A DNA stretch of 64,000 bases from Lingula anatina. Taxonomy: Eukaryota > Animalia > Brachiopoda. Position 1 is the first letter of the stretch, and each line of letters starts with the position of its first letter. Location: assembly GCA_051362555.1 (NCBI GenBank), contig CM120640.1:12896001-12960000 (forward strand), in the 5' to 3' direction. A program made the position numbers and the translations under genes. Of the stretch, positions 48,001 to 63,000 are shown one piece after another. Below the pieces are notes generated by a model. That model made no database searches. It saw nothing but the letters and a program-made list of their open reading frames with translations, and was not told the origin of the DNA.

Positions 48001-51000
48001 TCTAACTTGTTGGATTCAGAATTTCCTGTATGTTTTTTTTTTCTTTTTTTGTAAAACTCTTATTGCTAGGTGTCTTGTTTCACAGGATTGTTTTTTTGGT
48101 GTTTTAACTGAAACAGCTTGTTTCCTTTAGATGCAGGTACCAATCTATACGTTAGATAGCTCTTGCTATGTTGTATATAAGTTAATGTTCCAATTTTAAC
48201 TGTTTTTGATGTAATATCACATGAACAGTTGCTTGGTGAAGTGGCATTATTAATTTTATTAAAGTAATTAAAGCAATAGTTTTCTCAACTTTTAGCAGTT
48301 TGGATTGTATCAATATAAAAAGATGTGGATTATATCAAAATAAGTTTTATGATTGCCTACTGTACAGACTCACTCTGACATAGTAAGGTCATATAGAGTG
48401 AAATATCCCTGAGAAATACAAGTCCAATTGTGTGCATGGGATTGCAGAAAGAATAAAGAATGATAGCTATTTCACTTGTAGCACCTGCATTCCAGTCTAG
48501 GTCATCTGCTTCAGTGGTATTTTTGCCCTTTCCACATTCATCATATAATCTTTGGGACCCATCTCTATGGTTTGTGTGATAGTGAGAACTGACACACATT
48601 TAAACATTGGAAAGGGCCAGTGGCCATTTATTCACCAATACCGAAGTCTCTGTCCTGTTGGATACTGTAATTTTCTACCTTGATGATTGTGAAAGGAGCG
48701 ATTACTTCATTACTAAAAAGACCTTGCCATGCGGATGTCTCAAGTTCATTGTTTGGTGGGCTGAGGTCCCAAGACTTCTGGCTACAATTATGACATTCGT
48801 ATCATGTGAGATGTTAGTTATATGCATTGGCAATATTGTTATGATACATGCAAGATGTTTCAGAGTAGCTCTCAACCATTTTGCGCCATATTGTAATGGA
48901 AAAAAAACAGGATTACATAACCCTTGTCATTCAGAACCTTGGTCATGAGATGGTAGCCATACATATTGCAGCCTTATAGGTAATGGTCATGCATGGAATC
49001 TTGTAGTCGGAGACAGGCTAGTGGAGTAGCAGTAATAATGCACTCATAAGTACATGTTTGCATGTCTAGGGGTATTCATTTTTATAGATTGGGTGAACCA
49101 TTCCTGATGAAATTGGGTAAGTCAACTGTGTGCAGTGGTCAGAGCTGATAAAGACTGGTCAGGTAAATAAATACTTCTGTGCATTTTTAAAAGGGGCAAT
49201 GTTATGATAATGTATTTAAAATTACTATAATTTTTATATGAAGAGGGTGAGACAACAATCACCTGGGCATTTTTTTTCATAAATATCACATTAGTAATAC
49301 TGTATTATTTCTGTACCAGGAGGTAAAGTTGTTGTTTTGTTATAGAGTGACACAGAATCTCCAGCATGCCAATGTGTGAACAGCTGGCAGGTATTGGTGT
49401 TAACATTGGTTCCTTCAATATGTCAGCTATTGCATGTATGTATGTGTTTTTTTTTTATTATTTCAGGAAAACACAAGTATGTGCAATCGTCTTACCTAAT
49501 GTATGATCACGATAATCTTAGCAGTATATCAGAATGCCAGAGCAAGAATTCTGGAATCTGGAACCTCTTTTACGTGTACCTAACATAACTGAGACTCCCA
49601 AGCAGTAACAGATTGTGTGTAGCTGTATGTTTATAACATGAGAAATCACTTTCCCTGCTCTACCAGTACACATCTATGACAGTGCATGTGATAGATAAGT
49701 TAGCAAGGGGTAACTTAGGTGAAGGGAATCTATCCAATGGCTGGACATTGTGGCATCTGTTGAAGAACCTCTGTAAGGTAAGGTGGCATCCCACATGTAC
49801 TTGATCTTCTCTGACTTTCAGTATGAGCTCCCTGCCAATTTGTAAGGTATACTGGATATGATAGCAGGTTTGGTTATGCCAGTGATGTGAGAAACAAGTG
49901 CAAAGCATAATAAATGTGGGAAATATAGGATACAATTAATGTTGCCTATCTGCAGATGTTGTACAAATTTCCCATCCTATCAACCTGACGACTGAAAGTC
50001 ATACATAAGCACATATTGAGATAGGTTGGAATGTATTTGTATCAGAAAAATCATGATAATTACACAAACGGGATGACTGCCATTATAAGGAAAGTCAGCA
50101 GTGGAAAATCATATGTTTACAGTAAATGTGTCATATGTTTGTACATAAAAATAATTCTGTCTGGTTTCCTACAGTATAGGAAACATAAGGGTGCTGTCTG
50201 TTTTAAGTACAGTGTGACATTTTGTTAAAACTATGGTTTTCTGCAGGTCAACAGTTGTAATCAATTATGAAAGTGTGTCAAATTTAATTCACGTGAATTG
50301 ATAACTGGAAAGTGAAACAGAATGAATAACTTGATTAGAAAGTGGCCCAACAAATTAACCTGTTTTGTAGTGACATAAATGCACTCACAATATTTACACC
50401 CTTCAGTACATCTTAAAGAAGAAGGTATGTAGTAAATTTGATGTTTTAACTTCTACAACATCCACATCCACAAAGTAAAAAAGTATTGTACATTCAGGTA
50501 CGTGTGAGGTATGCTTCAAATTTGAATTTATGAAAAAGTTGATATGAAATTATAAACTTTACAAACAAGAAAACAGGCATGCTCTATCAGCCAGGGTAAT
50601 CAATCCACTGCTACTGTAGTCTTCCAACTATGATTTCACTCTTTCTGCAGAAACCATATCACATGATGAAGTTTTAATTTCCAGTAATCCAGGACAGTGC
50701 TATCAGTTATAGAAGAATGCTGGTAGAGAAGCAATGTCAAGCAACAGGGCTAGTTACCTAACTTTCTGAGTAGCTAAAACAGTACCATGTTTCATTAGTT
50801 CATGGATAACAGTGCAATGGTACCATTTACTGACTGCTTACAATGTTTTAGTTTTGGGAATAGATTTTGGATCCAAAAACCAGCTGGGAAAAAGACTGAC
50901 ACAGTTGGGCTATATGGTTATAATCAGCTACAGCGTCTGTAGATGATACATTTGTCTAGACAAGGTATGGATTTTCTGGTTCTTGCATCCTTGGGAATAT

Positions 51001-54000
51001 GGTTGGAACTGTAGTAAGTGTGGAAGTGTGTTCACATGATTTCGTTTGTTTTTCTTCATGCTGTGTTTTTACAGCATTGAATGTGTGACTCATCAAGAAA
51101 TACCTGTGTATCAAGAGATGGGTTGATTAGGAAGGAATGGGATATACCTGAATGTGTATTTGGGAAGGGGGGGGGATGTTCCTGTATGATATTTTCATTT
51201 TAAGTGATATTTTTTGTAAGAAGGTGTACAAGTTCAACCATATTTGCAAAAGGCGTATATCAAGGGTTGATAAGGGAAGCGTATGGAAAGATAAATGAGT
51301 CTTCTGATTGAAACATGGTGTTATCAATGCTTTTGCTGAATATTTTTCTAATAGTTCATTTCTTGAGGCACATTTTTTATAATGGCATTAAAATATGTTG
51401 GTTGATTAAGTTAGCAAAATAATAAGCTTCCAAATTTTACTTGATGACCTCTGAGAGAAACTCCCCCTTCCGAACCCCACATAACTATAGAGTCAAGGAA
51501 GTTGTGGGAAGGTTGCAGTTTTCATCCATCGGGCAATATAACTAGCCTACAGCTACATAATTCAGGAAGGACAACCTAGAGGTATGAATTTGTGCTTTGC
51601 TGTCATAATATACCAAACAACATCAGTTTTGCCCTTGGGTGTTTTTGAAACCCTAAGTAAAGTTATACTTGATTTTCATTGTCAGAAAGTAGTATGATAG
51701 AGGTAAGGTGTACAAGCTGTGTCATAAAGAACGCTATTTTAGCTGAAAAGGTCCATCTGCACTCACTGCCATGTTATTCTAGGTTTGTTGGTTCTTATAC
51801 AGTTAAAAGGCACCATTGTATATTCATCTGAATGTTCACAGCTAGGATAAAGCCAGATGAGAAGGGAATGGAAGTTGGTTCAATACGGCTGCTCTTTATT
51901 TAAACGGAATTACGGTAATGTGCCATGAATTTCGAACAGTAAAAAATAATTAAATTTGGGAAAAGATCGTTCTGGCCGAAATTCATGAAAAGGAGGTGCT
52001 CAGAATTCCTGAAAGTTCGAATTTCATGGAATTCTGTCAATTTTGACCGGAAGTTGTCTGTTCGTCGCTAGGCCTTCTGTTATCTTCTCCCGACGATCTA
52101 TTTAGAGTTACCATAATGTATGATGTGTGAGTGTCGGTAATTGCGACCAAAGGTATACACGTACTTTCACCCGATCACTGTGTATGGCCCATAGATAGAG
52201 CGGTACTCTTGTCTAGGGCCGCAAAACAGCATCGTTATCAGTAGTGTCGTTTTTCAAAAGCGATTCTGACAGCCAGAAACTAGTGTCGTTTTTCAAAAAC
52301 GATCCTGGCGCTCAGAACGGGAGTGGACGGAGGGAGAGACGGCCGACGGTTAGCGTCTGCCACGGCCAGATAACCTTTACTATGGAAGCTTTGTGTTACC
52401 GTTGCTCCTTTCCGTGCACTGAAACTGAGACGACAGCCGATCAGTGTCTATGGCGCACGTGCAGGTAGCCTTCATCTGCGATAAGTGTCTTCCGCGACCA
52501 GGTTCGTTGCCTTTACCGTTAAAGTCGGGCGGAGCTTTACGCGCGAATGCGTCCTCATCTCGCCGTTCGCGGGTCGGTGTCTCCGACGCATGCGTAGCCT
52601 TCGCTGCAGAAGCCGGCCTCGGCACTACGGCCTCTCCTCCGTGCGGGGAGGCCACTACGACCGCAGATCGGTATGTGCGGCGCACAGGTAGCCTTCGCCA
52701 CGGCAGCCGAACTGTGTATTACGGTCTCTCTCCGTCGTGCGCTGCGACCAAGATGACCGCTGATTGTTGTCTGCGATCAAATATACTAGGTTTGGGGGGG
52801 GGGGGGGGGGGGGGGGGGTGCAGGGCCGTTTTTTTTTTTCGCTCAGGCAACCCAATCTTAACCAGCAGCAGCAACTGATTTCCTGGCGCATAGTTGCGTC
52901 AATGTACGCATTTGAAAAGCGTGTACGTTTTGTCATCTTCAAACAAACGCGAGAGATAGGTAATCTAGAGTAAACCGAAAAGGCAGTTTCTATATTCGTG
53001 GAAGATCGTCACGACTGGGACTGGAAGATCGTCAATGGGAGATAGTGAGCGATCTGAGCGCGATAATAAGCCAATTTCCACACTAGTTCAAGGGACTTCG
53101 TTACTATATTCGTCAGCAAGAGATCGTCAGCGATCCGAGCAAGCATAGAAGCTTGGACTTTTTGTCCATGCTAGAAGGCAATTTTCATGTAGTCAGCAGG
53201 ATATGGTTTGCTGGTTTGCGACAGGGGCGTAACCAGGCATACGCACGGATACACTGTGCGTATATACATACCACGGGGCTGATATCTAAACAAAAGGATT
53301 GCAGGGACCGATATAATGAATGAGACGGAGTGACTGCCACGTGCGAAAGATGGACAGGAAATTAGCCAACTACTCGCAGAAAACCACTGACCCATGTCCC
53401 TGTCAAGACACACGCAACCACAAACCATTCACGTAAATGAAAATGATTGGACGGTGACCGCAATTAGGCGGTATACGCGGGGAAAGTCCATTCTTTGATA
53501 TCACTCCATGCGCGGTGATATCAGCGTGTTCTATTCAAAGTTAGGGGATTTGGGTGGGGAATACGCACGATGTCCCTTTGTATGTATGACAAATAATGCA
53601 CTGTTACCCCCTCGCCCGATATCCACGATAGCATGCCTCGCTGACGCTCGGCCTGCTATCGTGATATCGGGCTCGTGGACAGTGCATTATTTACTACATA
53701 ATTTTTTGGCCAACCATGATATTATTCTCTATAAATCTAGTGTACTTTTCAAGGAATATTATCGAAAATCCCCTTCGATTATAAGTTAATGTCACCTGAA
53801 TGTACAAATTCTCTGTATAATTTATATATGCACCATTGTTCTGACACCCTTCTCGTTAGCTTTCACAGAACTGAGGTAAACAATACTAGTTACCATCTGA
53901 AGTCCGATCTTAATCGTCCATCTAGCTGGAACTTGCTTTACCTCTTAATTAAAGGGTAAAGTGCCCTTCAGCTCACAGGTAGCTTTTGTCTTGAGTGTAT

Positions 54001-57000
54001 CGAACGCGATATTTATCTCAGATAAAAATCTACCTGTGTATTATTTCAAAGAGCTGCTCCAGCAGACCTGGGGGCACTAGATAAATCTGATCATCGGGAT
54101 AAACAAGGAGCCAGAGAAACAAAGGAAGATTGATTTTTCCTGCAAAGTTTCAAAGAATTTTGACACGGACTTGATCCAGCTTAACCCTCCAAACTAACGG
54201 GGTGGCATGGGCAATTTTTACAAAATTTACAAACAATTATACTTAGATATATTACAATTTTATCCTTTAATATAATTTTGGGAGGCATGCACGCGCATGT
54301 AAGCTGGGTGATGTCAGTAAGCCCCTAATTAAATAAATATACCCTTATGAGCAAGGCTTTTCCCAGCAAACCGTCCAGTCGTCATTTGGACGGCCGCTGA
54401 CATCACCGGACGGCCTATATTTTCAAAGACGGCTAGACGGCTTGCGACTTTTTTTTTTAATGACGTCTTGGCTTGTCGTGACAGCCGTGGACGTTGTAAG
54501 AAATTTTCTTAGAGTAATTTGACGTACCTAGCTTTTATGATGCGTCACAGATGAATGGTACTACTTTGTAGTGTACGCTGATATTCAGTCACGACGAAAC
54601 TACTTCCTAAAGCTTACAAAACACAATAAAATGTTTCTATGAACCTTAAGATACACATTCCACGCCGTATGCAGCAGTGACAAGAGTGACCTTCATGCGG
54701 TACAAAACACTAAGCAAATTACAGGCCAATTTGTGAAAGGGGACACCTTCCGGACCTTCATACGCACGGCAACTGACAAAGCTGATTGACAAAAAGGAAA
54801 ATTTCAAATTTTCAGCGAGAGATCGTTCGCAATCCGAGAGAGACCAGGAGGCAATTTTCATATTTGTTAAAGAGACTTCGTAAGCCAAAGGGCGAGACGA
54901 GAACGCAATTTTCGTATCATCAGCGTCGCAATCCGAGTGAAACGAGAAAGCTCATACTCGTTCAGTGGCTTTCGTTTGCGGCAGATCGTCAGCCGGAGAT
55001 CGTTTTCGATTGTTTTTTAACCCTCTATCCCTCCCCATAGGAATTTATAATTTTTAAAAATATTTTTCATCTCATTTGTACATTTCAAGGGACCTCATTA
55101 GCGGAAGATCGTCAGCGGGAGATCGTGAACGATCTGAGCGAGACAAGAAAGCAATAATGGTAATCTTTATTGCAGCTCTTAATATTGCTCTTTTGTTCTG
55201 TTACTGAAGTCTCTACTGTTAACAATGCTATTGTGCGCCTCAGCAAAACTACCGATCGCTATCTCACACCGAATACTGCGGTAAAGAAACAACAGCCCGA
55301 CAGTACAACTCTTAATAGAATCTCCTGTTATCTGAATGAATGGATATGACGATGTTGTTTAGCGTCCTAAACTAACTGTACTGATCGTTATCTTGCACCT
55401 TGGGCCGCACACGTAGTACTCAGGTAAAGGTACGCTAGGGCAACATTGCCGACTGTTAGATCTTTACAAGCGCGAGAATAGCCTGGTGGCCGATTTTAAG
55501 GTGTACGAAATTCACGAAATCAAGATCGCGCAAAATTGCTGACTGGCCGAAATTCATGGTCCAGAAAAAACTCCAGACGGCCGATTTTAAGATCGTTCGA
55601 AATTCAAGAGCCGTTCGAAATTCATGGCACTTTACCGTACTCATCCATATTCTATTTGGGGGTGGCAGTGGTCTGCCACTTAGCTTGGGTGGCAAGATGT
55701 GAATGATAAAACCACCAGGGTGCTCATTATGGTTGATATTTGTTAGTCTGGTTTTTTAATATAACAATTTGCTGATTTCATTGTTTATAAATTTAATCTG
55801 AAAAACTTAATCTGTCCAAATATTTACAAAATGTTATGTTAGAGTGGAGCTATTTTATTGTTTAATCCCTTCTGTGCAGATTGAGCTTTTTTACAGTACT
55901 TAGTAAGATTTTTTGTGAGATATTGTATGTTTGCTGGACTGGGCTCATGAAGCATTAAGAAAAAAAAAACTTGCAGAAGCTATGAAAATTAATGAACATG
56001 CACCAGAATGCCTTCATTAATTTAAGAAGGAATATATTGAGCTTCATATATTTGATGTAAAGAAAAAGATTTTGGAGTGTCATTTTGGGGTCAGTGCAGT
56101 TCTGCAACTTGATCAAGGAATTGAGAATCCAGGTATAAGAATCCTATTGCTCTGAGTTCAGTTAATCGTACTTAAGTGCAAAGTGTTAAAGGCTGAACAC
56201 CAGGTATATGTTTTTGTTACTAACAAAACTGTTTATTGTCTGTTCATAAATAGGAGTTCAGGTCTGCTGTGGTTTATGGTTAATAGCTGTTATTTGTTTT
56301 CACTATATATACAGACTTGTGTAAGTATCAGTTGATTTGTTTGGGTTGTAAGGTAAAAGGGATATATTGGTGGTTTTATTTGCACCCATACCCTGCCTTC
56401 TGAATTATACATAAAGTAATAATTATACATTATTACTTTTTACGTTATTACTTCCCTTGTCAGAAGTTTATTTTAAGAAAACAGTGATGACATATTGACA
56501 ATATTACCTATTGAAATTTTCATAACCATGGCAACTGTAATACCTACATAATGCATGCAGGGCAGTAGACTAAATCTGGAACCTGGTGGTAGATGGCATA
56601 ACATTACAGGACAATATCAACGAGAAGTTTCTGATTACTATGCTGCTTTCTTCTAGACACATCAGTGGACCAAAGCCCCTTAAAGGCGGTTGCGGCATGG
56701 ATTGACCTGCACTGTGACAGTAATAACACTGGTATCTATGTACTACATGTATTGTTCGTCCCACTGGAAACTCAGCTGCAAGGCTGTAGAATGATTTTTT
56801 TGTTATAGTGAAACGTGTGAGCCTGAAATTATATTTGAATGTGTGCCATTTATAAAGCGTGGCAGTTTGAAGATGTTTTTGAAACTCAAAGATCCCAACA
56901 CCTTTTCTATTTAATGTTTTTTCATTACTAATGAAACGATGGAATATATGCCAGAAAAAAGTATCAGGGACTACTTTGGAGATTTCACATGGTCTTGTTG

Positions 57001-60000
57001 TAGCTGTGTTTCCAGGTTTCATATATTACATATGCATTGTTTGTGAACTGTTTGATGGAGGTACCTCTTGAATTACATACAAGAACCTCGCTTGAAATGC
57101 ACATGATGACATGCACAAAACCATTATGCTTTTTTTGGTGGAATTTGTTTACGTTGTCGTCAGTGTTTTGAGAAAAATATCTAGTGCAATTGTCTTTCTT
57201 GCTTTAATAGGTATACATTAATGGATAAGATACAGTATAATTTAACCATCATTTGATTGGCAGTTGTTATTTAGCCTGTAGATAGGATATGTACCAAGAC
57301 AGTTTGAGGGAAATATCTCCTTTGTCTTGATATTTACATTACCTACAGGCAGTTTCAACTTCAAGTGACTGATTTTGCAAGCTTTTTCCCCATGTTGACC
57401 TGGCAGTTGAAAATACACTTGTAGTGTTGATAATTACCAAAAGTGATTAATTGATTTCTAATGCTTTGAAATGAAGTGATATACTTGGGTCACATGCTTA
57501 CCTGCTTGCTGGGGGATAGAGGCATCCCTGTTCTTAGGTAAGCACCTACCTGTAAAAGCCTACTTTGTCCCACAGTGCTTGACCAGCAACCATGTCCCAG
57601 CAGCAAATTTCCAACATGCTTGTTGACTTCTCAACCTTAGGGACTGCCTTGATGCATGGCATGGATTCTGAGCTAATTTGTAGGTTGTACAGAAGATAAC
57701 TACCAATATGAACAGAGATCTGTGATTGTAGTACTTACTTTTTCAGACGTTCAATATAAAGGAATTGACTTTGCATTACATATACATGTATTCATGCAGA
57801 TTGTCTTTTAAGATGTTGTAAACAGAAGTAATGCAGATAAAAATGTAATGAATGTCTGTTTTTATTGTTTGTAATATTATTTCAGATTTGCATTTTTGTG
57901 GTAAGACATGTGGCAACCAAAAATTTCTGCTTAGATGTAGTGCTGGGAATAAGTGTTGTAGAAGCAACAGTAGCATTGGTTGTAGTAGAAGTAGTGATGA
58001 TAAGCACGGCATCATTCTTGACATGGAGGGGTGATAGTGACATGGTTGGTGATAACGAGTTCTGTTATCATGTAATACATGTACTATCGTGCATCAAGGA
58101 CACAGAATCGTGTCAGAGTGACCTGTTGTTTGATAGAATTTTTCCTTCTGTTTTGTTCTAGAACTCAGTATGAGTGCTGATGCCAGTACAATGGATACAG
58201 GGACTGGGAGCCCAGGGAGCAGCCACCCAGGATCCACTACCAGTTCCACACTCCACAGGAGTCCGTCATTGAAGGGTAAGAGTAGTAAGATAGGTTTAAC
58301 TTTTATGTTTGTTTACTTTTCCAAAACCATGTTCAGATTCACTTGGATAGGTTTTTTTAAGGATGACACAGGTTTCAAATAACATTCCACTGTGTAACTG
58401 GCAAGGAGAAAATTGACTACATTTCAGAGAATCCTGTTGTGGGAGGGGATGTCATCAACTTTTATCTTACCCTATGGAGAATCTTTCACCTCTTGAAGGG
58501 AGCATTCTGAATCTTATCAAACACAACAAAAACTCTGACCCATAGGTGTGCTGACAACTAGATATTGCGTGCACTGCTGAGAAATTGGGCCAGGAGCTGG
58601 TTAGTTTTGCCTTGACTGTAAAAACCTTCTCTGGAAATCATAAGGGATTAAGAAACTTCATTTGACATGATGCATGAACTTGCAAAACTGATTATGATGA
58701 TGACAAGGATTTCCATGCAAATTTAACATAGTCTGTAGGCAGCTGCAGGAGTCATAATGGTTCTGTTGCTGATCTGAATTCTCAAAATGGTTCACAGATC
58801 CGTGATGAAGACAACCAGTCCAAATTCTTCCTGTTTTTTCCTTTACAGTTGCTCTGATAAGGATACTAGTGGGAGAGACTCAGACCAGATGTGGTGATAT
58901 TTAGTATATACTTATAATCAATCTTGTTGAAGTGGTATTTTAATATACATTGTTTAAAAAAGACTGGAGCAAAACAAATGAGCATAAGCAAATACTTGGT
59001 ATTAGTAATAGTTGCTAGATTTTCTGTGTAATACCACTTAACAACCTATTTCTTTCCTGCACATGCCAGTCAGGTACCCAATACTTCACTGCAAATTTCT
59101 CTAATTTTTATAATAATGGTGCCAGTGTTAAATTCTCTTTTATTTCTGACCAGTTTGATCATCCATTGAATGTATGTGTTATATGATTATACCTGGCAGA
59201 GTCTGGAATATAGCCACTTACTGAACTCTTTAAATTATGTATGGATGGGAAATGACAGTGATAGTCATATACTGAAGGAAGCTGAGCATTGCTTGATTCA
59301 TTATTTTTCACATAGGCATGATTAGAATTTGATGTAATAATCCTAATGAAACCCATTTTAATGAAACAAATAACCAAGATTTTCTTATCATTTGATAGAA
59401 GAGAAAGACAGTCTTAGGGTGCATTCCCAGAGATTTAGATCGATCCAGAGATTTAGATTTAGATTGACCTAACACCCTTGGGGTTCACGCTAAATTGCAG
59501 TCAGCCGAGCGTGCACCACAGTTAATTACCCCCTTACAGCTTTTAGTAGGCGGGACAGATGCTTAAGCCGACTAAGCTGACAGTAATCTAGTGAGACTCC
59601 CCACAGGGATAGATCGCTCTAAAATCTATGGGAATGGGGTCTTAGTCTCTTGTAATTTCCAATACAAACACTAACACTACCCGCAGATTTTTTAGCACTA
59701 ACGCCCATATTGACCACAAAAAACAAATTAGCCAACACAGAGTAAAATTATTTAGCACCAACAAAGCGATACCTGGTGCTAACATTCATCCACTCTGGTA
59801 GTGCTGGTTTATCTGTAGGTTATGTGGTTATATGGGTGACAGTGCTAAAGGATCTGCAGGTAGTGTTAGTAAACGCCTAATCAATTAATAAGGCCTGATA
59901 TATGATCCAACTACCAAGCTAATGAACATTTTTGCTAATTGAGTACTTGTTTATGGCATACTGGCTGCAGGTGCAAATTTGGCACTTACCAACTTCTTAT

Positions 60001-63000
60001 GCTCGCATTTGCTCTGGTCAGCAATAAGACAGACCCTCTTTCTAAATGTGGCCTTTTTTAAATAACAGTAATTTAGGTTAGTGGCAAAAAATTCTGGTGC
60101 GACCTGTGGTTAGAAATCCACATGAGATAACTATATGAAGTAACTGTATGTTAAGAATGTTCTTAACATGGCGTTCAAAGAGAAATTGATTGCTATTGAT
60201 TAATATCATGCCATTATTCTCGCACAAGGTTAAATGATTCACAAGTATACATTGTATGTGCTGTGCAGAGATGTAAAAGACAGACTGATGGGAGAGTTTG
60301 TAGAGGGCATCACAGCTGGCTTTTCAATAATGTGCTGTTATTTGCATAATGCATGCAAGGATAACAGTCCAGAGCACAGAACATGACATCATTTGTCCAT
60401 TATAAACCTAGACACTGAGGAGACGGTTATAGGCCCATTGTTTGTAGTGTTCTGTAGGCAATGTAACTGATGAGCAGTGATCGAAGGAGAGTTATATGCT
60501 GGTTCTTCCGTTGTGCAGGGGCTGAGAGTTATGGTGAGGATATAGAGACATGGAGCAAGACCCAATATGTTTTTTCTTTATTGAATAGATTGTGCTTTTA
60601 GGTAGGACAGCAATTGCCTCGATGTAGATCTACCCAAAGAGATGCCATGGTGAATCTCACAAAGTGTGATTATATTAACTATGTACATTACTGTCACTTA
60701 TGACAATTACTTTAATGGGATATTTCCATATCACTTTCCAGATCCTGCAAAAATCAAAGAACGAGAAGACAGAGTTAGGCAGATTAGAGAAAAGCAGACT
60801 GAAGAACGACAAAAGAAAATTGAAGAGTTGAAGAAAGCTCAGAGAGAGGCACAGGAATTCAGAGAGAAGCAGCAGGAACTGCGGCGCAAGAAAATTGAAG
60901 AAATGAAAAAGAGGGATGAAGAAAGAAGGCAGGCAGTCGAAGAAAGGAGGAAAAAAGCATTACTAGAGGAACAGGTATTGCAAACACCTTGGGGCACATG
61001 AGACAGCTTATCCAGCTGTTCATGTTATCTGTATTTATACATAAAAGCATCCACTTAAAGTCCAGTAGGTTTTCTTTATTAATAAAGGATTCTACTGATT
61101 ATCATTTTAGCCACGCCTTGTAGAATGAGGCCTTTGATGTCTTTTGGCACCAAGATGACCTAATTTTTGACTTAATCTAGAAAAAGTACCAATTGTTGAT
61201 TGGTTAAGACCGCTTGTATATGAGTAGATGCTTTTACTTTATTTTTTGACAGAGCATCAGTCAGTTTTTAGGTAAGATGAGCTTTGAAATTGAGATTTCA
61301 GTGGAATGTTTTTCAGCTTGACATTGTGGTATGGATAGTTTACATCAAATGTGGAATCCTAGTATATTTATATATGCTATATAGCAAACTTCATTAATTG
61401 GAAAAGTGTGGATCAAAAAGTGGAATTATGTTGTATTTTTGCAATGACAGCTGCTTCAACGGGCCAGGTTTTAACATATTTAACATTAATAATGGAATTA
61501 TTCTCAGCACAACACAAATTGCCACTTTCAGCTTGTGACAGCTGGAATACCAAAGTACTAAATATCATACTTTTTAATGGAATATTTGTCTGTGAAATAC
61601 ATCACAGTTTAGAAATGTCATTTAAAAAAAAACTGTTACACTGTTTATATGAAACACCACCACCAAGTCTCTGTCTGGTCTCAGGATTTTCTTTGGAAAA
61701 AAAGTGTTTGATTATCAAGGGTTTAAGCCTTTACTAGCATGATCACAAATTTTGATATTTGACCAAACATGTTATCGATTTAAGACAATATGTAATTACA
61801 GTGAAAAGCCAAAGAAAACTAAACATCCATACATCTGAAGTTCAATTTTCATCTTTATAAACGCAATATGTCAATATGCCTGCACAGCAGCATCCTATTC
61901 TAGGTAGCCTAATTGCCTCAGTGAAGAGTACTGTCATGCACTATGCTCAATGTAGGTAAATGGGATTTAGTCCTTCAGATTATATAGTAAGGTATGAAAG
62001 CAAATATATGTTCAAATCTAGCTCACTTTACTGGTAAGTGACACTCTTTTAACTCTGACCATCTCTGTCTACTTCAGTTTGGACTTATCAGCAGTTGTGG
62101 AAAATGTATGAATCTTTAATATCAGGTGCTTGAATACTTGGCTGCAAATTGTTCAGTTTAGGATGAGTCATGGTAGTCTATATGGAAAAATGACAGCAAC
62201 TCCATTGAGTCATGGCCTTAAGTTTCTGTGTAAAGATATTATTCCCGCAAAGTAAGTTGGATTATCATTGTTCTTTAGTCACCTTGGTCCCTTGTGTAAG
62301 AAATTGCAACTTCTGAACAGTGATTTTGAATTGATAGCTTTAGTCAGATCTGATGATGTTATCTGTGATGATTCTGTAATATAAGCATAGCAAGCAGTAT
62401 ATTTGTTTAGTCATTCAGCAGTTTTTACTTTTTCAGTGAAACAAACACAATATCCCTATTTTCGCGGACTGTATCTTATTTATCCTAAATCAAACCACTC
62501 TAATTTTCCTGGTCTTAAATAAGTTGAAACTACGTTTTTTCGTGAAATTGAGACTTGCACGTCTAAGAATGTTTCAGAAAGTATTCAAGATTGCACTCAA
62601 GGATGGATGAGGATTACCTCTTCCACTAATTTAATTATTACACATGTTCCAACAGGGTGAAAACAGGAACCATGTTTACAGTTAGCATTGCTGATTTGGC
62701 ATTTATGCGTCTTCACATTTTGGGGAAAGCCTTTCAAAAAAAAAAAAAACAAACAAACAAACAAAAAAAAACTTGTTAAGTATGCTGAAAAGAAGCTTGC
62801 ACTGTGTACACATTTCAGCAAATCAATTGGTTTTTGTTTAACAAACATATCCTCTTTCTGTTTTTTCAATGCAATTTAAGTTTGATATATGCATTTATCA
62901 TTGTATCTCCTGTTTTTCAGGGTAGCATATTCCACCAAGTATACTTGATGGTACATGAAATGCACACTTTAATGGATGTTTTCATAATTCTTTCTTTTGT

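Noticed and set aside
52380-52973. GC-rich ORFs with poly-Gly/poly-Pro
   Set aside because: Caused by a G homopolymer and high GC inside a TIR element; no domain recognised.
58849-58893. Possible 45-nt frame-preserving MAP7 cassette exon
   Set aside because: Good acceptor but weak donor (gtgata) and no recognisable peptide; unsupported without RNA data.
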